Under the pieces are notes generated by a model. That model made no database searches and was not told the DNA's origin. It saw only the letters and a program-made list of their open reading frames with translations. A DNA stretch of 64,000 nucleotides from IMG/VR virus record IMGVR_UViG_3300005529_001094, positions 7,303-71,302 of that record. One strand, given 5' to 3'. The translations under genes and the position numbers were made by a program. Numbering within the stretch: position 1 is the stretch's first letter; the number at the start of each line of letters is the position of its first letter. This document shows positions 18,301 to 28,812 of the stretch, in pieces. The DNA comes from a virus.

Positions 18301-21300
18301 CGGCGGGTTCTTCCAGAAGGCCATTAACTGGGTCGGCGGGCTTTTCTCCTCTGGGACGCCCGCAAGTAACCTCCCGACGTCATATGTACTCCAGCCGGGG
18401 TTCGTTGACGAGGCGGGTGGATTCCAGGGCCCGCCGGCCGGCGATACCGGCGGTTGGTCGTTCGGCAGCGGGGTTGCCGGCGCCGGAATCGGCTTCAGCC
18501 TCGCGAGTCTCGGCAACTCGCTCCTATTGAAGAAGGGCGCGACCGGGCTCAACGGTATCCTTCAGTCGGCCGTCGAGCCGGGCGTTCTCAGTAAGACGGC
18601 GAACATCAACCTGCTCGTCAGCACGGTGCTCGGCGCCGTGCTCGGGCCGCTTGGCGGCCTGATCGGCGGCGTCGTGTCGAACATCATGGCGCCGCTGTTC
18701 GCCGGCTCCGTCAACCGCGGTACGCTCCTCGGCCACGGATTCGGCGGGCTCGTCGGCGCCCAGCAGTACTTCGATCCCGCGAGCGCGGCCCTCTACGGCG
18801 CGATCCTCGGACTGCCGACCCTCGGCACCGCGCTTCGTCGCGGCGGCGAGTCGATCATCGACTCCTCGAAGATCTTCGGCGGCGAGGACGGCCGTGGCGG
18901 ACTGCAGGGCCTCTTCGGCGACTGGACTCGCACGGCGTGGAAAACCGGCCCGCAGACCGCGCTCGACCGCGGCTTCACCCCCGAGCAGATCAAGCAAATC
19001 GAGGGCATGACCCAGGCGCTCTTCGGCACGATGGGGGGCGAGGGCGGCAAGGCGGAGCACACGAAGGGCAGCGATCTCGCCTCGCTTGCGGAGCAGCAGG
19101 GCCAGATCATGGCGGAATTTTTGTCGAGGGGCTTAGCCAAGGGCCTAAGTTTCGACGAGCTCTTCGCGAACCTCGGCAAGCTCGCGCAGGAGTCCGGCAT
19201 CACGCTGATGGACGCGCTGAATGCGCTGCCCAAGCAGCTCTCCGGAATCACGGACGCCGCGAAGGAGCTCGGCGGAAAGGATCAGTTCACCGCGGCGCGG
19301 GAGGGCGCCGACTCGTTTGCTCTCAGCCTCTACGGCATCTCGAAGGGATTCGCGGATCAGGTTCCGCAGGGTGTTTCGATTGCCGAGATCGCGCTGCAGG
19401 AGCTCGAGAGAAACGGCACCAAGGCCTTCGAGAACCTCGACGACAAGACGAAGGACTGGCTCCGCGTCCTCGCGAACAACCCGGAGGAGTTCCGGAAGCA
19501 GGTCGCTGACCTGGCCTCGCAGGGCTTCACGATCGACACTGCGGAGTTCAAGAACGCGCTGGCCGACATCTCCGCGAGCGCGTCATTCATCGGCGGGAAT
19601 CTTGGCGACATCTTCACCGCGCCTAACATGGTCGACGGCATTGATGCGCTCGGCCAGAAGCTGAAAGATACCGTCACGCAAGCCGTCCAGGCGTCCGGGC
19701 TGAAGGATCTCTTCAACAACACACGCATTGCTGAGTCGTTTCAGGGTACCTTCGGTCTGCTGCGTCAGCTTGACGCTGGCGAAATCAAGGTGACCGACTC
19801 CGACTTCGCCCTGAAGATGGCGCAGTCGATCGCGGAAGGGAAAGCGACCCTTGAGGACTACATCCCCGAGCTCCGCGCCATTCGCGACGCGGCGAAGGAT
19901 GTCGACAAGACCATCGAAGACGCCTTCAAGCCGACGGACGAAGAGGCCCGGTGGACCTGGCTCGAGGAGCAGCTGAAGAAGAACACGGACGCGGCCAAGC
20001 AATTCGCCGGGTCTTTGTTTGACGTTGCTGCCGCGGCCGAGGCAGTCAACCCGGGCAGCGGGAAGGCGGCTGCACGAGCTGCGGCGAAGTCCTCGATCGA
20101 CCAGTCCCTGCGTCAAAGCGCCGTGAATCTGATCGGCGAGGCGGCCGCCGAATCCGTTCAGGGGAGGGCCTTCGCGCGGGCACAGACCGAGTGGGAGGCC
20201 GCATTCAAGGCCGCAACGAAGGACGGAGTTATCACCGCCGAGGAGGAACTGAAGCTCAATACCCTCCGAGCCAAGCTCGAGAAGGCGGGCGAGGGCCTCG
20301 CCGATTCAATGGCAGCGTCGGCCGAGGTCATCGGCAAGATGTTCTCGGTGCAGCTCGAGAACGCTCGTCAAGCCGCACAGGACATCTTTGGTGGCGCCCT
20401 CGGAAAGTTTTTCGCCAACATCAAGGACGGCAAGACAGTCGTCGAGGCCAAGGTCGAGTTCAAGAAGGACTTCATCGAGGGGATCTTCGACTCCCTGATC
20501 GGCGGGATGCAGCAGGCCATGGTCAACGCGATTATGGCCGGTCAAGTAATGGCGCCGCTGATGGCAACGTTCTCGACGGAGTTCGCGAAGGCGATCGAGG
20601 ACGGCAAGATCGACGCGAACGAGCGCAGCCGACTCGACGCAATCATGCAGCTGATCTTCGAGCGCGGCGGTGCCCTCGCCGAGATGCTGGCCGACGTGCT
20701 GGGCGATGCCGGTCACATCGCTAAGACGGCGTTCGACTATGCGAAGGAGGTCGACAAGCGTCACGGCGTGCCGTCGAATGACCGGGGCAAAGGAACGGAC
20801 GAGGGTTCCGTCGGGAGCAGGCACTACACAGCGAAAGAGATCACCGAATTCGCCCAGCTCGCCGGCATCAAGACTGAGCGCGATAAGTGGACGCTGCTGC
20901 AGCAGATTCAGGCGGGCAAGAGCCTGTGGCAAATCTACGAAGATCTCGGAAAGCTCGGCGCGTTCGACAAGGACGCGACGCGCGAACATCGAGACACCAC
21001 CGTCAAGAGCGGTGATGCAATCGGCGACATGGGGCGCGCCGCGATCGGTGCGGCGAATGCCCTCAACGCGCTCGCCGGGGCGGCGTCGCGCCTCGATGGC
21101 GCGGGCGTTCTCGATCTCGGCGGCAGCGGGGATGGTAGGCGTGGGATTGGCAGCGGCGCGGGCGACGGCCGTGCGCCGATCGGCGGCCGCGCCGCCGGCG
21201 GCCCGATCCACGCCGGCACGATGGCGATCGTCGGCGAGCGTGGCCCGGAGCTATTCATCGCGCACGCGGGCGGGGGCGCATCGATCATTCCGCTCGGAGC

Positions 21301-23416
21301 GTCGACGGCAAGCATGATGCTGGGCCACGGAGTGGCCGGCTATGCCATGGGCGCGGGCCGTACCGGACAGGGCGGCCAGACCGGCAACCCGCGCGGAGGC
21401 AACCCGCGCACGGGGGGACTCCCGTCGGTGTCGCCGGACGTGCTCCGGCTGCTCCAGGGCCTCGGTGATGCCGACCAAACCGAGGCGCCCGGGTTCGCGT
21501 CCGCCGTCGCCGAGGCGCTCAAGGCCGCGTTCGAGAAGGGGAAGGACTTCGCCGCCGACTTCGCGAAGGGCCTAGGCGACGACGTCAACGAGCAGCTCGT
21601 CACCTCGATCATCAAGGGCTTCACGGAGTCGCGCGGCGTGCGCGCGGCCGAGGAGAACATTCAGCACCTGATCGATGGCGCTGAGAAGCTCGCCGGCGCT
21701 GGCAAGCTCACCCCCGAGAATCTCGAGAAGATCCGAGAGCAGATCAAGACCCAGACGGACTACATCGAGAAGCAAGCCAAGGATCTAGACGATCTGCTCG
21801 AGCCACTGCGCCAGGCGCAGACGATCGCGAAGGACATCGGAAACATCGACTTCGGCGGGCTCCTGAAGTCCATGGCGGAGCTCGACTTCTCAGATTCCGG
21901 TGCCGTCAAGGACTGGGCACACTCCGTTCGCGACGCAACCAAGGAGGCCGTGCTTCAGGCGGTCATTGACTCCCTGCTCCTCACCGGCCCACTCAAGACC
22001 GCGATCGATGCGTTCAGCGACCAGATGAGCACGGCCCTGAAGGCCGCATTCGATCCGGATGGGCCGGGCGGCTCGGAGATCACGAAGGACGAGGCGAAGG
22101 CGCTCGCGAAGGGTGCGCGGCTGGGGGCCAAGGAGATCCGGCGCGCAATGCGCGCGCTGGAGCCGGTGTTCGAGGCGCTTGGCATCCACATGACCCGCAG
22201 GGTCGCCAAGGGAGCGAAGGCGGCCGCGGACATCATGAAGCAATCGCTCTCTCAGGCGTTCAGCGACCCGACGAAGAGGCCTAGCTTCGCCGAGTTCATG
22301 AAGATCCTGAAAACGAACATCTACGAGCACCTGAAGGAGGGGCTCATCCAGGCGTTCGTTGACAGCGCGCTGATCCAGGGCGCGCTCGCTCCGATGCTCG
22401 GCGAGATCCAGCACATCTTCGACATGATCGCGAAGCATCAGATCGAAACGGCGAACGCGAACTCGGCGATCGCGCAGCAGATCGCCCTCATGCTCGGCGT
22501 GCTGAACGACCCCGCGTTCCAGCAGGCGTTCAATGCGATCGCGAACGGGATCGCGCAGCTCGCCAATTCCCTCGGCCAGAGCGCTGTCGCCATCACCGAT
22601 GCCGGCGACCAGATCTCCGAGGCCGGTAACGCCGCCGAGCAGGCGGAGTGCACGAACTGCGAGCTCGAACAGCGTCTCGCGCGGATCCAGCTGACCAACG
22701 CTGCGCTCGATGTCTTCGGTCGTGGCGGCTCGGGCTATCTCGACGTGCTCATCCCAGAGAAGCCGCCGGTGCCCGACACGGCGAGCGGCGGCGACGGCGG
22801 ATCGGACGATGACATCCAGGCGAAGTCGCGATACCTGCGCGGCGTCGCAGGGGCAGTCGGCAACAACCTGATCGACGAGATCCTGAAGGATCATCCCAGC
22901 ATGAGCCGGGACTCCGTCGCTGGCCTCGGGTTCGGGCTCACGCAGGGAATCATCGGAAACTCGGTGGCCTTGGCGCAGATGGGCCGGGAAGGCGCCCTCG
23001 CTCAGATTTACAACGCGAACATCGCGGGCAAGTGGTTCGCGTCGTCTGTCACGCGCGACGAACTCGCTAGCTGGCTCCCGGGCCTCGCCGCCGGCGGCCT
23101 CCTGACTCGTCCGCAGGTCGTCAACTTCGCCGAGCATAGGCCCGAGGTCGCGATGGATCTCGAGCACCTCCACCGCTTCGTGGAGGCCGGTCTCGACGCC
23201 GGCGGGCACGACGACGAGGAGCTCGAGCGCCGAATCTCGCGCGTCGAGCAGGAGCAGAAGAAGACCAATGCGCTCCTCGAGCGCCTTGTCCGGGCCGCCG
23301 AGAAGGGTGGCGGCGGAAACCCGGTGGGCGCGCTGCTCACCGCGCAGAGCAAGGCGGCCCCGTATACCTCGCGTACCCGCGCCCGCACCGCGTCGCCGAC
23401 CAACGTGAGGCCCTGA
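15359..23416 (+). CDS. Tape measure protein (TP901-like core)
   Basis: 2685 aa, Ala-rich and helical; FEEAMIRVAKVT core; RAAGGP...VGERGPELF motif. Confidence 0.92.
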   Translation: MPSVQYSIDARGSEQGAARFSASVDKIIADATRAANAIAVVDKAMAAAGQTATSSASQIAQILTPLRQVASGATPARSQVTGLTVAMRDLGSASVLAFGPLSGIGSRFTAVGALAGRANLALGASIAVVTGVGVAFFGSVKAAADFEEAMIRVAKVTNDTPAQLRAMSAQVLQLSATLGVPATELAKIEQGAAQLGVRGSANLAAFAAQVGMLTRTTDLTAEAATNSLGRLIALTHESVSNVAGMAASLTALGNNSKTTESSILTMTETLARATAAFHVNSQTLLAVGGALADVGAKNQSSATALSQIFVKITQAAATGKDLQKFADVVGITADEFQRLGKVNPADVFLKFLGALAQQGPRAVDTLQQLHIGSTRNTAVMLSLGQVLGTVNRNLAMVADQYKNPTATASEFERMNDALNRQLEISGVRLHDLAISAGSEFVPPITQATKSLNDFLGVLLGVEKVDPNSLGTTLGQGAKLAADAWHALETAIIPVLGLMNDAAKAAASGDFDKGTHDLIDNLIKRLSDAGVEIDDFWEKLKHGGAELPSTSTEVADFTDSLDNASQGARVCSDEFANLSSEVLDLNAAFGASDVDKFTQKLRDQIAVLRIRNTQGDAAANTEQFVRDQDRKGKVVTDDEKKDILDLERTLVGLQNAHKGLARETASTARETDNFSKKMANETAAANAQTAIWEQVSAGTLSFSEAEVRAAAASDSLGKGMRTEAEIQAALAANKAKATAATEKEIAVGTQTLAGIEAQIKAYDEAAAAGLSKADADLKAADALLKVQAAEKARDVGEDRARRWLVEKEAIDAATDALERRRAVQSQLDETSKLQLELQLTQQVNQGLITELDKKIAIARQQAEINHQSADEAEHQARITDAIERENLAYIHLGSTIKDSLSQVGDALISGTLKWGEAGKSFGLAMGKRWVEGMIDSKLHDFDPTVKANFLDLAGEGNSIFKTLFSGVSDGSTPTGGTGGINVGGFFQKAINWVGGLFSSGTPASNLPTSYVLQPGFVDEAGGFQGPPAGDTGGWSFGSGVAGAGIGFSLASLGNSLLLKKGATGLNGILQSAVEPGVLSKTANINLLVSTVLGAVLGPLGGLIGGVVSNIMAPLFAGSVNRGTLLGHGFGGLVGAQQYFDPASAALYGAILGLPTLGTALRRGGESIIDSSKIFGGEDGRGGLQGLFGDWTRTAWKTGPQTALDRGFTPEQIKQIEGMTQALFGTMGGEGGKAEHTKGSDLASLAEQQGQIMAEFLSRGLAKGLSFDELFANLGKLAQESGITLMDALNALPKQLSGITDAAKELGGKDQFTAAREGADSFALSLYGISKGFADQVPQGVSIAEIALQELERNGTKAFENLDDKTKDWLRVLANNPEEFRKQVADLASQGFTIDTAEFKNALADISASASFIGGNLGDIFTAPNMVDGIDALGQKLKDTVTQAVQASGLKDLFNNTRIAESFQGTFGLLRQLDAGEIKVTDSDFALKMAQSIAEGKATLEDYIPELRAIRDAAKDVDKTIEDAFKPTDEEARWTWLEEQLKKNTDAAKQFAGSLFDVAAAAEAVNPGSGKAAARAAAKSSIDQSLRQSAVNLIGEAAAESVQGRAFARAQTEWEAAFKAATKDGVITAEEELKLNTLRAKLEKAGEGLADSMAASAEVIGKMFSVQLENARQAAQDIFGGALGKFFANIKDGKTVVEAKVEFKKDFIEGIFDSLIGGMQQAMVNAIMAGQVMAPLMATFSTEFAKAIEDGKIDANERSRLDAIMQLIFERGGALAEMLADVLGDAGHIAKTAFDYAKEVDKRHGVPSNDRGKGTDEGSVGSRHYTAKEITEFAQLAGIKTERDKWTLLQQIQAGKSLWQIYEDLGKLGAFDKDATREHRDTTVKSGDAIGDMGRAAIGAANALNALAGAASRLDGAGVLDLGGSGDGRRGIGSGAGDGRAPIGGRAAGGPIHAGTMAIVGERGPELFIAHAGGGASIIPLGASTASMMLGHGVAGYAMGAGRTGQGGQTGNPRGGNPRTGGLPSVSPDVLRLLQGLGDADQTEAPGFASAVAEALKAAFEKGKDFAADFAKGLGDDVNEQLVTSIIKGFTESRGVRAAEENIQHLIDGAEKLAGAGKLTPENLEKIREQIKTQTDYIEKQAKDLDDLLEPLRQAQTIAKDIGNIDFGGLLKSMAELDFSDSGAVKDWAHSVRDATKEAVLQAVIDSLLLTGPLKTAIDAFSDQMSTALKAAFDPDGPGGSEITKDEAKALAKGARLGAKEIRRAMRALEPVFEALGIHMTRRVAKGAKAAADIMKQSLSQAFSDPTKRPSFAEFMKILKTNIYEHLKEGLIQAFVDSALIQGALAPMLGEIQHIFDMIAKHQIETANANSAIAQQIALMLGVLNDPAFQQAFNAIANGIAQLANSLGQSAVAITDAGDQISEAGNAAEQAECTNCELEQRLARIQLTNAALDVFGRGGSGYLDVLIPEKPPVPDTASGGDGGSDDDIQAKSRYLRGVAGAVGNNLIDEILKDHPSMSRDSVAGLGFGLTQGIIGNSVALAQMGREGALAQIYNANIAGKWFASSVTRDELASWLPGLAAGGLLTRPQVVNFAEHRPEVAMDLEHLHRFVEAGLDAGGHDDEELERRISRVEQEQKKTNALLERLVRAAEKGGGGNPVGALLTAQSKAAPYTSRTRARTASPTNVRP

Positions 23417-23418
23417 CC

Positions 23419-24303
23419 ATGGCGACGGAACTACTCCCGAGCGGCACTGGCTCGTTCGCTGGCTACTCCACGATCTGGACGAAGAACCTCCTGTGGCAGC
23501 CCGGCGCGTCGCTCGTCGGCGTCGGCACCGAGGATGAGTTTCATCCTGCCTCGTACGTCATGGACCCGGCGCGCCATCTCCGGTGCTGGCCGATCACCGG
23601 CGGAGCCTTCTACTTCGACTTCGACCTCGGCACCGCGCAAACGTGGAAGGGACTCTCCCTGATCGACTGCAACCTGGCCGCGAGCCAGGGGTCGGCCGTC
23701 GAGCTCTGGGCACACAACACTTTCGCGAACCTCGGAACGACCACCGGAACGTACAGGAAGTGGACGTACGGCACCCGCACCGTGGTTCCGGACCGCGGCG
23801 TCGACCGGTGGTTCATCGGCGCCGACGACACGAGCCAGGCGAACAATACCGCCTTCCGGTACGCGCGCGTCAAGATCATCGGCACCAAAATCTCGACCGA
23901 CATATCCCCCTGGCTCGCCGCGCCGTGGCTCGGCGACTGGTACCAGATCCCGGTCGGAAGCATTCAGGTCTCGGCCGTCGAGACATCCCAGATGGAGGAG
24001 AGCTTCAACCGCACTCCGTATGTCGACTCGCTTCCCGTCAAGCTGGACCTGAACTTCTCGACGGACCCCATCGACGAGTCCGTCTTCTGGGCCCTTCGCC
24101 GCGAGCTTCTCCGGATTGGCGGCTCGCAGCACGTGATCTTCGACCGATTCTCGCAGTCGACGGACGACAACCGTCGCGCAGCGTCGGGTCACTATGGCCT
24201 GCTGTCGATTGCTGGCCCGTGGGAGGAAACGGTCGAGGCTCCGAACACGGTCAGCCTGTCGATGAAGTTCAACGAGCACCCGCTCCCTATCGGTCCGGTC
24301 TGA
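23419..24303 (+). CDS. Distal tail/tail-tip protein (putative)
   Basis: Directly after TMP; FDFDLGTA, LIDCNL and RYARV patterns. Confidence 0.6.
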   Translation: MATELLPSGTGSFAGYSTIWTKNLLWQPGASLVGVGTEDEFHPASYVMDPARHLRCWPITGGAFYFDFDLGTAQTWKGLSLIDCNLAASQGSAVELWAHNTFANLGTTTGTYRKWTYGTRTVVPDRGVDRWFIGADDTSQANNTAFRYARVKIIGTKISTDISPWLAAPWLGDWYQIPVGSIQVSAVETSQMEESFNRTPYVDSLPVKLDLNFSTDPIDESVFWALRRELLRIGGSQHVIFDRFSQSTDDNRRAASGHYGLLSIAGPWEETVEAPNTVSLSMKFNEHPLPIGPV

Positions 24304-27300
24304 TGCGGGACAACGACTACAACGTCTTCTACGCCTGCCGCGACGAGCTCCCCACCGACGTCCCGTACTTCTCCGCGAACCCGTCGAGCGGCTTCACTGC
24401 GTCGCCCGTTGGGTTCGACGTCACCTTCTCGTCTGCTTCAGCCATCCGCGTTAACTACATCTATAAGATCTCCGAGGGCTCGCACGCTTTCTATGCGCGC
24501 GCAATCAGGAAGACGGCGACCGTGGTCACGTTCGTACCGATCTGGTCGACGGCGGACAGCGCGACCGCATTCTCGACCGCGACGTACACAACCTCGGCCA
24601 CCGTCGTCGTCGTCGAGCAGTCGCACGTCACCTTGCCGCTCGACCTCCGCGAGGCCCCGGTCGGCGGCACCTACGACTATCTGCTCATCGGATCGGCTGC
24701 GGTCAGCTGCGACACCACGGCCCAGCGGGTCACCGCGAACCTCTGGACGAAGTGCCCGAGCGGCGATCGGCCGGGCGGAACCGATCGCTCCGTCGCGCTG
24801 ATGACCGTCGGCAACGCTTCCTTCGCCGACAACGAGCCGTGGAACTGCGCTTGCGTCCTGACAGACCTGAAGCCGGGGACGCTCTGGGAGCATCATCTTG
24901 CGATCGCGCCGACGGGCAGCGCCGGCACGGCCCGCATGAGCTACGGGCACCTCGCCGCGATCCGCGTCCGGGAAAGATATACGGTCGGAAACGCGAACCT
25001 GAACTCGGTCTCGTCAGCGAGCGCTACCCTGGTCACCGATGCTAACCACTCGTTCGACCTCCCTAACGAGGCGTTCTCGAGCGTCAATCCCACATGGATC
25101 ATCGTCGCCACCGGGGTGATCTCAAACGACGCGGCTTCGAATGGACGGGTCGTGGTCGACGTCGTGGGGGCGTCGAGCGTAACACTGCTTGACGCAACCC
25201 TTCCACTTCGCACTGCAACCGACCGGAGAAGTTTTGGAATCGTAGCCATGGTCTCGGCCCTACCGAACGGTGCGACGGCGCCGAAGGTATCAATCAAGGT
25301 CGCAGCACCTAACGGCGGCACGTCGACTATCCGACGTGCCTTCCTGGGGGCGTTTCGGGTCTTCGAGGATGCCTACGTTCCAAATGCGTCACTTCCGTTC
25401 GAGGACGTGTTTTCGTCCCTGCGTTCAGGCGATGTTGCGGGCACAACGGGCACGTCGTTTGTTGCAACGTCCGGAACGGACGAGCAGCCCATCACTGGGC
25501 TGATTTCTGGTCAGAACATCGAAGACACAGTACCCGACTGGAACAACCAGCGACTCGAATTCATCTCGCTCGACGTACGGAAGGCGGGGAACGGTCGCTG
25601 GGAGGCGCGGCCGCTCTGGGGCGGACCGCGCGTGCCGCAGCAGAGCGCCCACGGGCTCTGGGGTCCGTCGCAGCGCGGCTGCGGCTTCTTCATGCACCGC
25701 GTACCTGCGTCGCCCGTGGACTCGAGCCCGCAGGTCAACGTCAATAAAGTCGAAAACCGAGCGGTCGTAAATGACGGCAACCCTGTCCTTGTACGTAATA
25801 CGGGGTACGTCAGGCTGCAGGAGCTCACGCCGCCGCGAGAGAACTCCGACTCCGATGTCGAGCTGCTGGCCGAGGTCGAGCATGGCGTGCTTCTGCAGGA
25901 CTGGACGCAGGTCTCCGGTGATCTCTACAAGATTCCGCTCGGCACGGGGGTCGGCCGCGCAAACATCGACGACGTCGGGCGTGTCCTGATCAATGGCGTT
26001 GAGGCGACCGAAATCTTCAAGAAGCCGAGCGCCGCGAGCACGTGGTACTTCAACCCGGAGAAGGACGGACTTCCGGCTATCGACCTCACGCTCGCTTCTA
26101 CCTTCACTTTCGACCAGTTCAACTCGACTGACGTGCCGCTGTCCGCATCCACGAACGTGGCGATCGGTCGGATCGTCGTTCTGGAAGACAGCGCAACCGG
26201 GAACATTGCGCACGCGCGCGTCGAGGCGAACACCTCCGGCAATACCTGGCAGATGTCCGTTCTCACGCGCTACCCCGGCGACAAGGGATTCAAGTTCGCG
26301 TCGGCCACGACGACCGTGCGCGCGACCGAGGGCCATTATCTCTACCTCCAGATGCCCACCGGGAAGACGCCATACCCGCAGACTTCGGACCAGCGGGTCG
26401 TGATCGTCGCGCGCGAGCGCCTGGGCCGTCGTCTCTTCGATCTTCAGGACTACCGCGGTCGCACCGTTCCGTACTTCCCGCGCATCTCCAAAGTGCCGGA
26501 CATCAGCGAAGACTTCGATGTCAGGGTGAGCGGATCTCAGGTCCAGAGCTCGTACGGGACGATCGAGGTCGCCAACGGCGACGGATACTACGACGGGCTG
26601 CCGGCACGCCGGTTCATGGAAGGACTGCCGGTTACGCTGAAGCGACTCGTCTGGGATCACCGCCGCATGGCGCAATTTCCGTGGGAACCGAAGGACCGCG
26701 CAGAGTTCGTCGAGGTGCTCGCGCGGGCGTTCGGATCGCTCCCCGAAGTGAGCGCGGCGGCCCTGGCGATCGGGCTCTTTCCGCGGGGCGTCAACCTCAA
26801 TCGCCCGCTTACCGCGGTGCGTAACACGGCCTTCGGCGGCAACAGCAACGAGACCGCGGAGCGCGGGGTAGGCATCCCCATCGTGATGGGGCCGGCTGAC
26901 CGCGTGCGCGGCCGCCGCATTTCGCGTCGCACGGGCGTGGCGGTGAACCAGTACCGCGTCTCGGCGGCGATGCTCAAGCAGGTTCGCGCTGGCTACCTGA
27001 CGCCCACGACAGCGCAGACCATCACGATCGCGGCGCCTTCGAACAACGCGCTCCTGCTCTCCCGTGGCATCGTGTCGGTCAACAACGACCAGAACGGCAA
27101 CAATCCTGCCGACGAGCTCTACTTCGACGTCGATGGCATCACCGACGACGGAACGCCCACGGGGAACCTCATCCAGGCGCATGGGTCGATTCTTTCGTAC
27201 GTGCTGAAGAATTTCCCGTGGGTTCCCGATGCCACCGTTGCTGGGTCTACCACGACGAATGCGAACCACACGCCGACAGCGAACACCGTGATCAGCGTGG

Positions 27301-28805
27301 GCATCTCCCCCGTCCCGAGCATCATCTACGAGGGCGCGCGCGTCCGTATCACCGCGGCCAACGGCAATCGTTGGCACGGCCACATCACGACGCTGGGCCT
27401 TACGGCGAGCGTCTGGCCGGCGCTCGAGCCCGGGGACACGCTCGACGTGCAGTACGTCACCGGCAGCACGTTCGAGATTCTGGAATCTGCGCCACTAGGC
27501 TTCGCCGACACCGATCTCGACGCCGAGGTGATGCGCCTGATCGATAGGGTGTGGCGCTGCCAGTCGACCTCGAAGAGCGGCCTCCTCATGCCCGTGCCCG
27601 GTCTCGCGCAGAGGATCTCGCACGTCTTCGAGCCGGAGACCACGATCCAGGAAGCTGTCGAGAAGATCGGCAAGGACGGCTTCTTCGCGCCCTACGTCAA
27701 CCGACAGGGGCGCATGAGCGCGGTCGCGCCAGACTTCGACGTGGACGGTCTCCTCCCGAACTCGAGCGGCGAGGAAGATCGCGTCTCCGCCGACGGAACC
27801 GCGGGCGTGCGCCCGTGGACCGCCGAGGCGGGCTCCGATCCGACCGGGCAGGGCGCGCCCACGATCGAGGTCGAGGCCGGCGGTACCGCGCTCTTCGGAA
27901 CGCGATGCATGCGACTCGTGAGTCCGGCGGCATCGGGCGGCAACGTCTCGACGACCGGGTATGCCTGGTACGCCGTCCCGTGTCCGTCGTCGGGCTGGTA
28001 TCAGTTCGTCATCTACATCCTGAACGACTCGTCGATCGCGACGCCGGCCGATTTCACTATCACGGTCACGAAGCCCGGCATCGGCGTGCAGACGGTCGCT
28101 AAGTCCTATGTCGTCGGCACTGATGTCTTCACGAACCGCTGGGTACGCCAGGAGGTGCTCTTCTACGTCGCGCCGGGCAATGTCGGAACCGCGATCATCA
28201 AGCTTTGGCCGACCACAATCTCCGGGAGCCTCGGCACGACCACGACCACGAAGCGCGCGGCGTGGTGGATCGATGGGTGGCAGCTCTACCCGGTCGCGGC
28301 CGTGCTCGATGACTACAACTCCGACTTCGGGAAAATCGAGTTCGAGGACGAAAATTTGATCGAGGCCCGCGTGTCGTACCTGATTCGACGCGAGAACTCG
28401 GGATACGCCTTCTACGCCGGCGCCGTCGACAACGACGCGCGCGGTCTCGCGCCGACGCTCTTCTCCGAGGCGCGGTATACGCTCTTCACCGCGGGCGTCG
28501 GGCAGATCGACGATGCCGGCTACGCCGACGCCGATTCCGCGTTCGGTACTGCGTCGGCGGTCATGCGCTATGGCGGCCGCGGCCGTCAGCGGATGAACAG
28601 TTCGTCGTTTGGCTTGACGCGCATTCCGCGCATGGGCGAGCGTGTCGTCGTCAATCTCTCGCGCGAGAGCAGCCCGAGCGATCGCGACACGACGTGGATC
28701 GTCCGCAGCGTCGAGGCGGACGGTGGGCACCTGAAGACACTCCGACTCGGCCTGCGGCGTCAAAACGACCCGCTCTTCGACAGGGTCCGAAGAGTCACTC
28801 GGTGA
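24303..28805 (+). CDS. Large multidomain tail-tip/host-specificity protein
   Basis: ~1500 aa from ATG 24303 (overlaps upstream stop); IEVANGDGYYD and GIPIVMG hub-like motifs; carbohydrate-binding-like beta domain. Confidence 0.7.
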   Translation: MRDNDYNVFYACRDELPTDVPYFSANPSSGFTASPVGFDVTFSSASAIRVNYIYKISEGSHAFYARAIRKTATVVTFVPIWSTADSATAFSTATYTTSATVVVVEQSHVTLPLDLREAPVGGTYDYLLIGSAAVSCDTTAQRVTANLWTKCPSGDRPGGTDRSVALMTVGNASFADNEPWNCACVLTDLKPGTLWEHHLAIAPTGSAGTARMSYGHLAAIRVRERYTVGNANLNSVSSASATLVTDANHSFDLPNEAFSSVNPTWIIVATGVISNDAASNGRVVVDVVGASSVTLLDATLPLRTATDRRSFGIVAMVSALPNGATAPKVSIKVAAPNGGTSTIRRAFLGAFRVFEDAYVPNASLPFEDVFSSLRSGDVAGTTGTSFVATSGTDEQPITGLISGQNIEDTVPDWNNQRLEFISLDVRKAGNGRWEARPLWGGPRVPQQSAHGLWGPSQRGCGFFMHRVPASPVDSSPQVNVNKVENRAVVNDGNPVLVRNTGYVRLQELTPPRENSDSDVELLAEVEHGVLLQDWTQVSGDLYKIPLGTGVGRANIDDVGRVLINGVEATEIFKKPSAASTWYFNPEKDGLPAIDLTLASTFTFDQFNSTDVPLSASTNVAIGRIVVLEDSATGNIAHARVEANTSGNTWQMSVLTRYPGDKGFKFASATTTVRATEGHYLYLQMPTGKTPYPQTSDQRVVIVARERLGRRLFDLQDYRGRTVPYFPRISKVPDISEDFDVRVSGSQVQSSYGTIEVANGDGYYDGLPARRFMEGLPVTLKRLVWDHRRMAQFPWEPKDRAEFVEVLARAFGSLPEVSAAALAIGLFPRGVNLNRPLTAVRNTAFGGNSNETAERGVGIPIVMGPADRVRGRRISRRTGVAVNQYRVSAAMLKQVRAGYLTPTTAQTITIAAPSNNALLLSRGIVSVNNDQNGNNPADELYFDVDGITDDGTPTGNLIQAHGSILSYVLKNFPWVPDATVAGSTTTNANHTPTANTVISVGISPVPSIIYEGARVRITAANGNRWHGHITTLGLTASVWPALEPGDTLDVQYVTGSTFEILESAPLGFADTDLDAEVMRLIDRVWRCQSTSKSGLLMPVPGLAQRISHVFEPETTIQEAVEKIGKDGFFAPYVNRQGRMSAVAPDFDVDGLLPNSSGEEDRVSADGTAGVRPWTAEAGSDPTGQGAPTIEVEAGGTALFGTRCMRLVSPAASGGNVSTTGYAWYAVPCPSSGWYQFVIYILNDSSIATPADFTITVTKPGIGVQTVAKSYVVGTDVFTNRWVRQEVLFYVAPGNVGTAIIKLWPTTISGSLGTTTTTKRAAWWIDGWQLYPVAAVLDDYNSDFGKIEFEDENLIEARVSYLIRRENSGYAFYAGAVDNDARGLAPTLFSEARYTLFTAGVGQIDDAGYADADSAFGTASAVMRYGGRGRQRMNSSSFGLTRIPRMGERVVVNLSRESSPSDRDTTWIVRSVEADGGHLKTLRLGLRRQNDPLFDRVRRVTR

Positions 28806-28812
28806 GGTAGTG

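Noticed and set aside
15121-23209. Long antisense ORFs (e.g. 15121-17043, 21890-23209) and similar shadows elsewhere
   Set aside because: Expected from high GC3 codon bias on the opposite strand; no RBS or recognisable motifs
23583-24302. N-terminal extension of the 1740-aa ORF
   Set aside because: Overlaps real gene 23419-24303 and is Arg-rich shadow sequence; ATG 24303 is the coupled start
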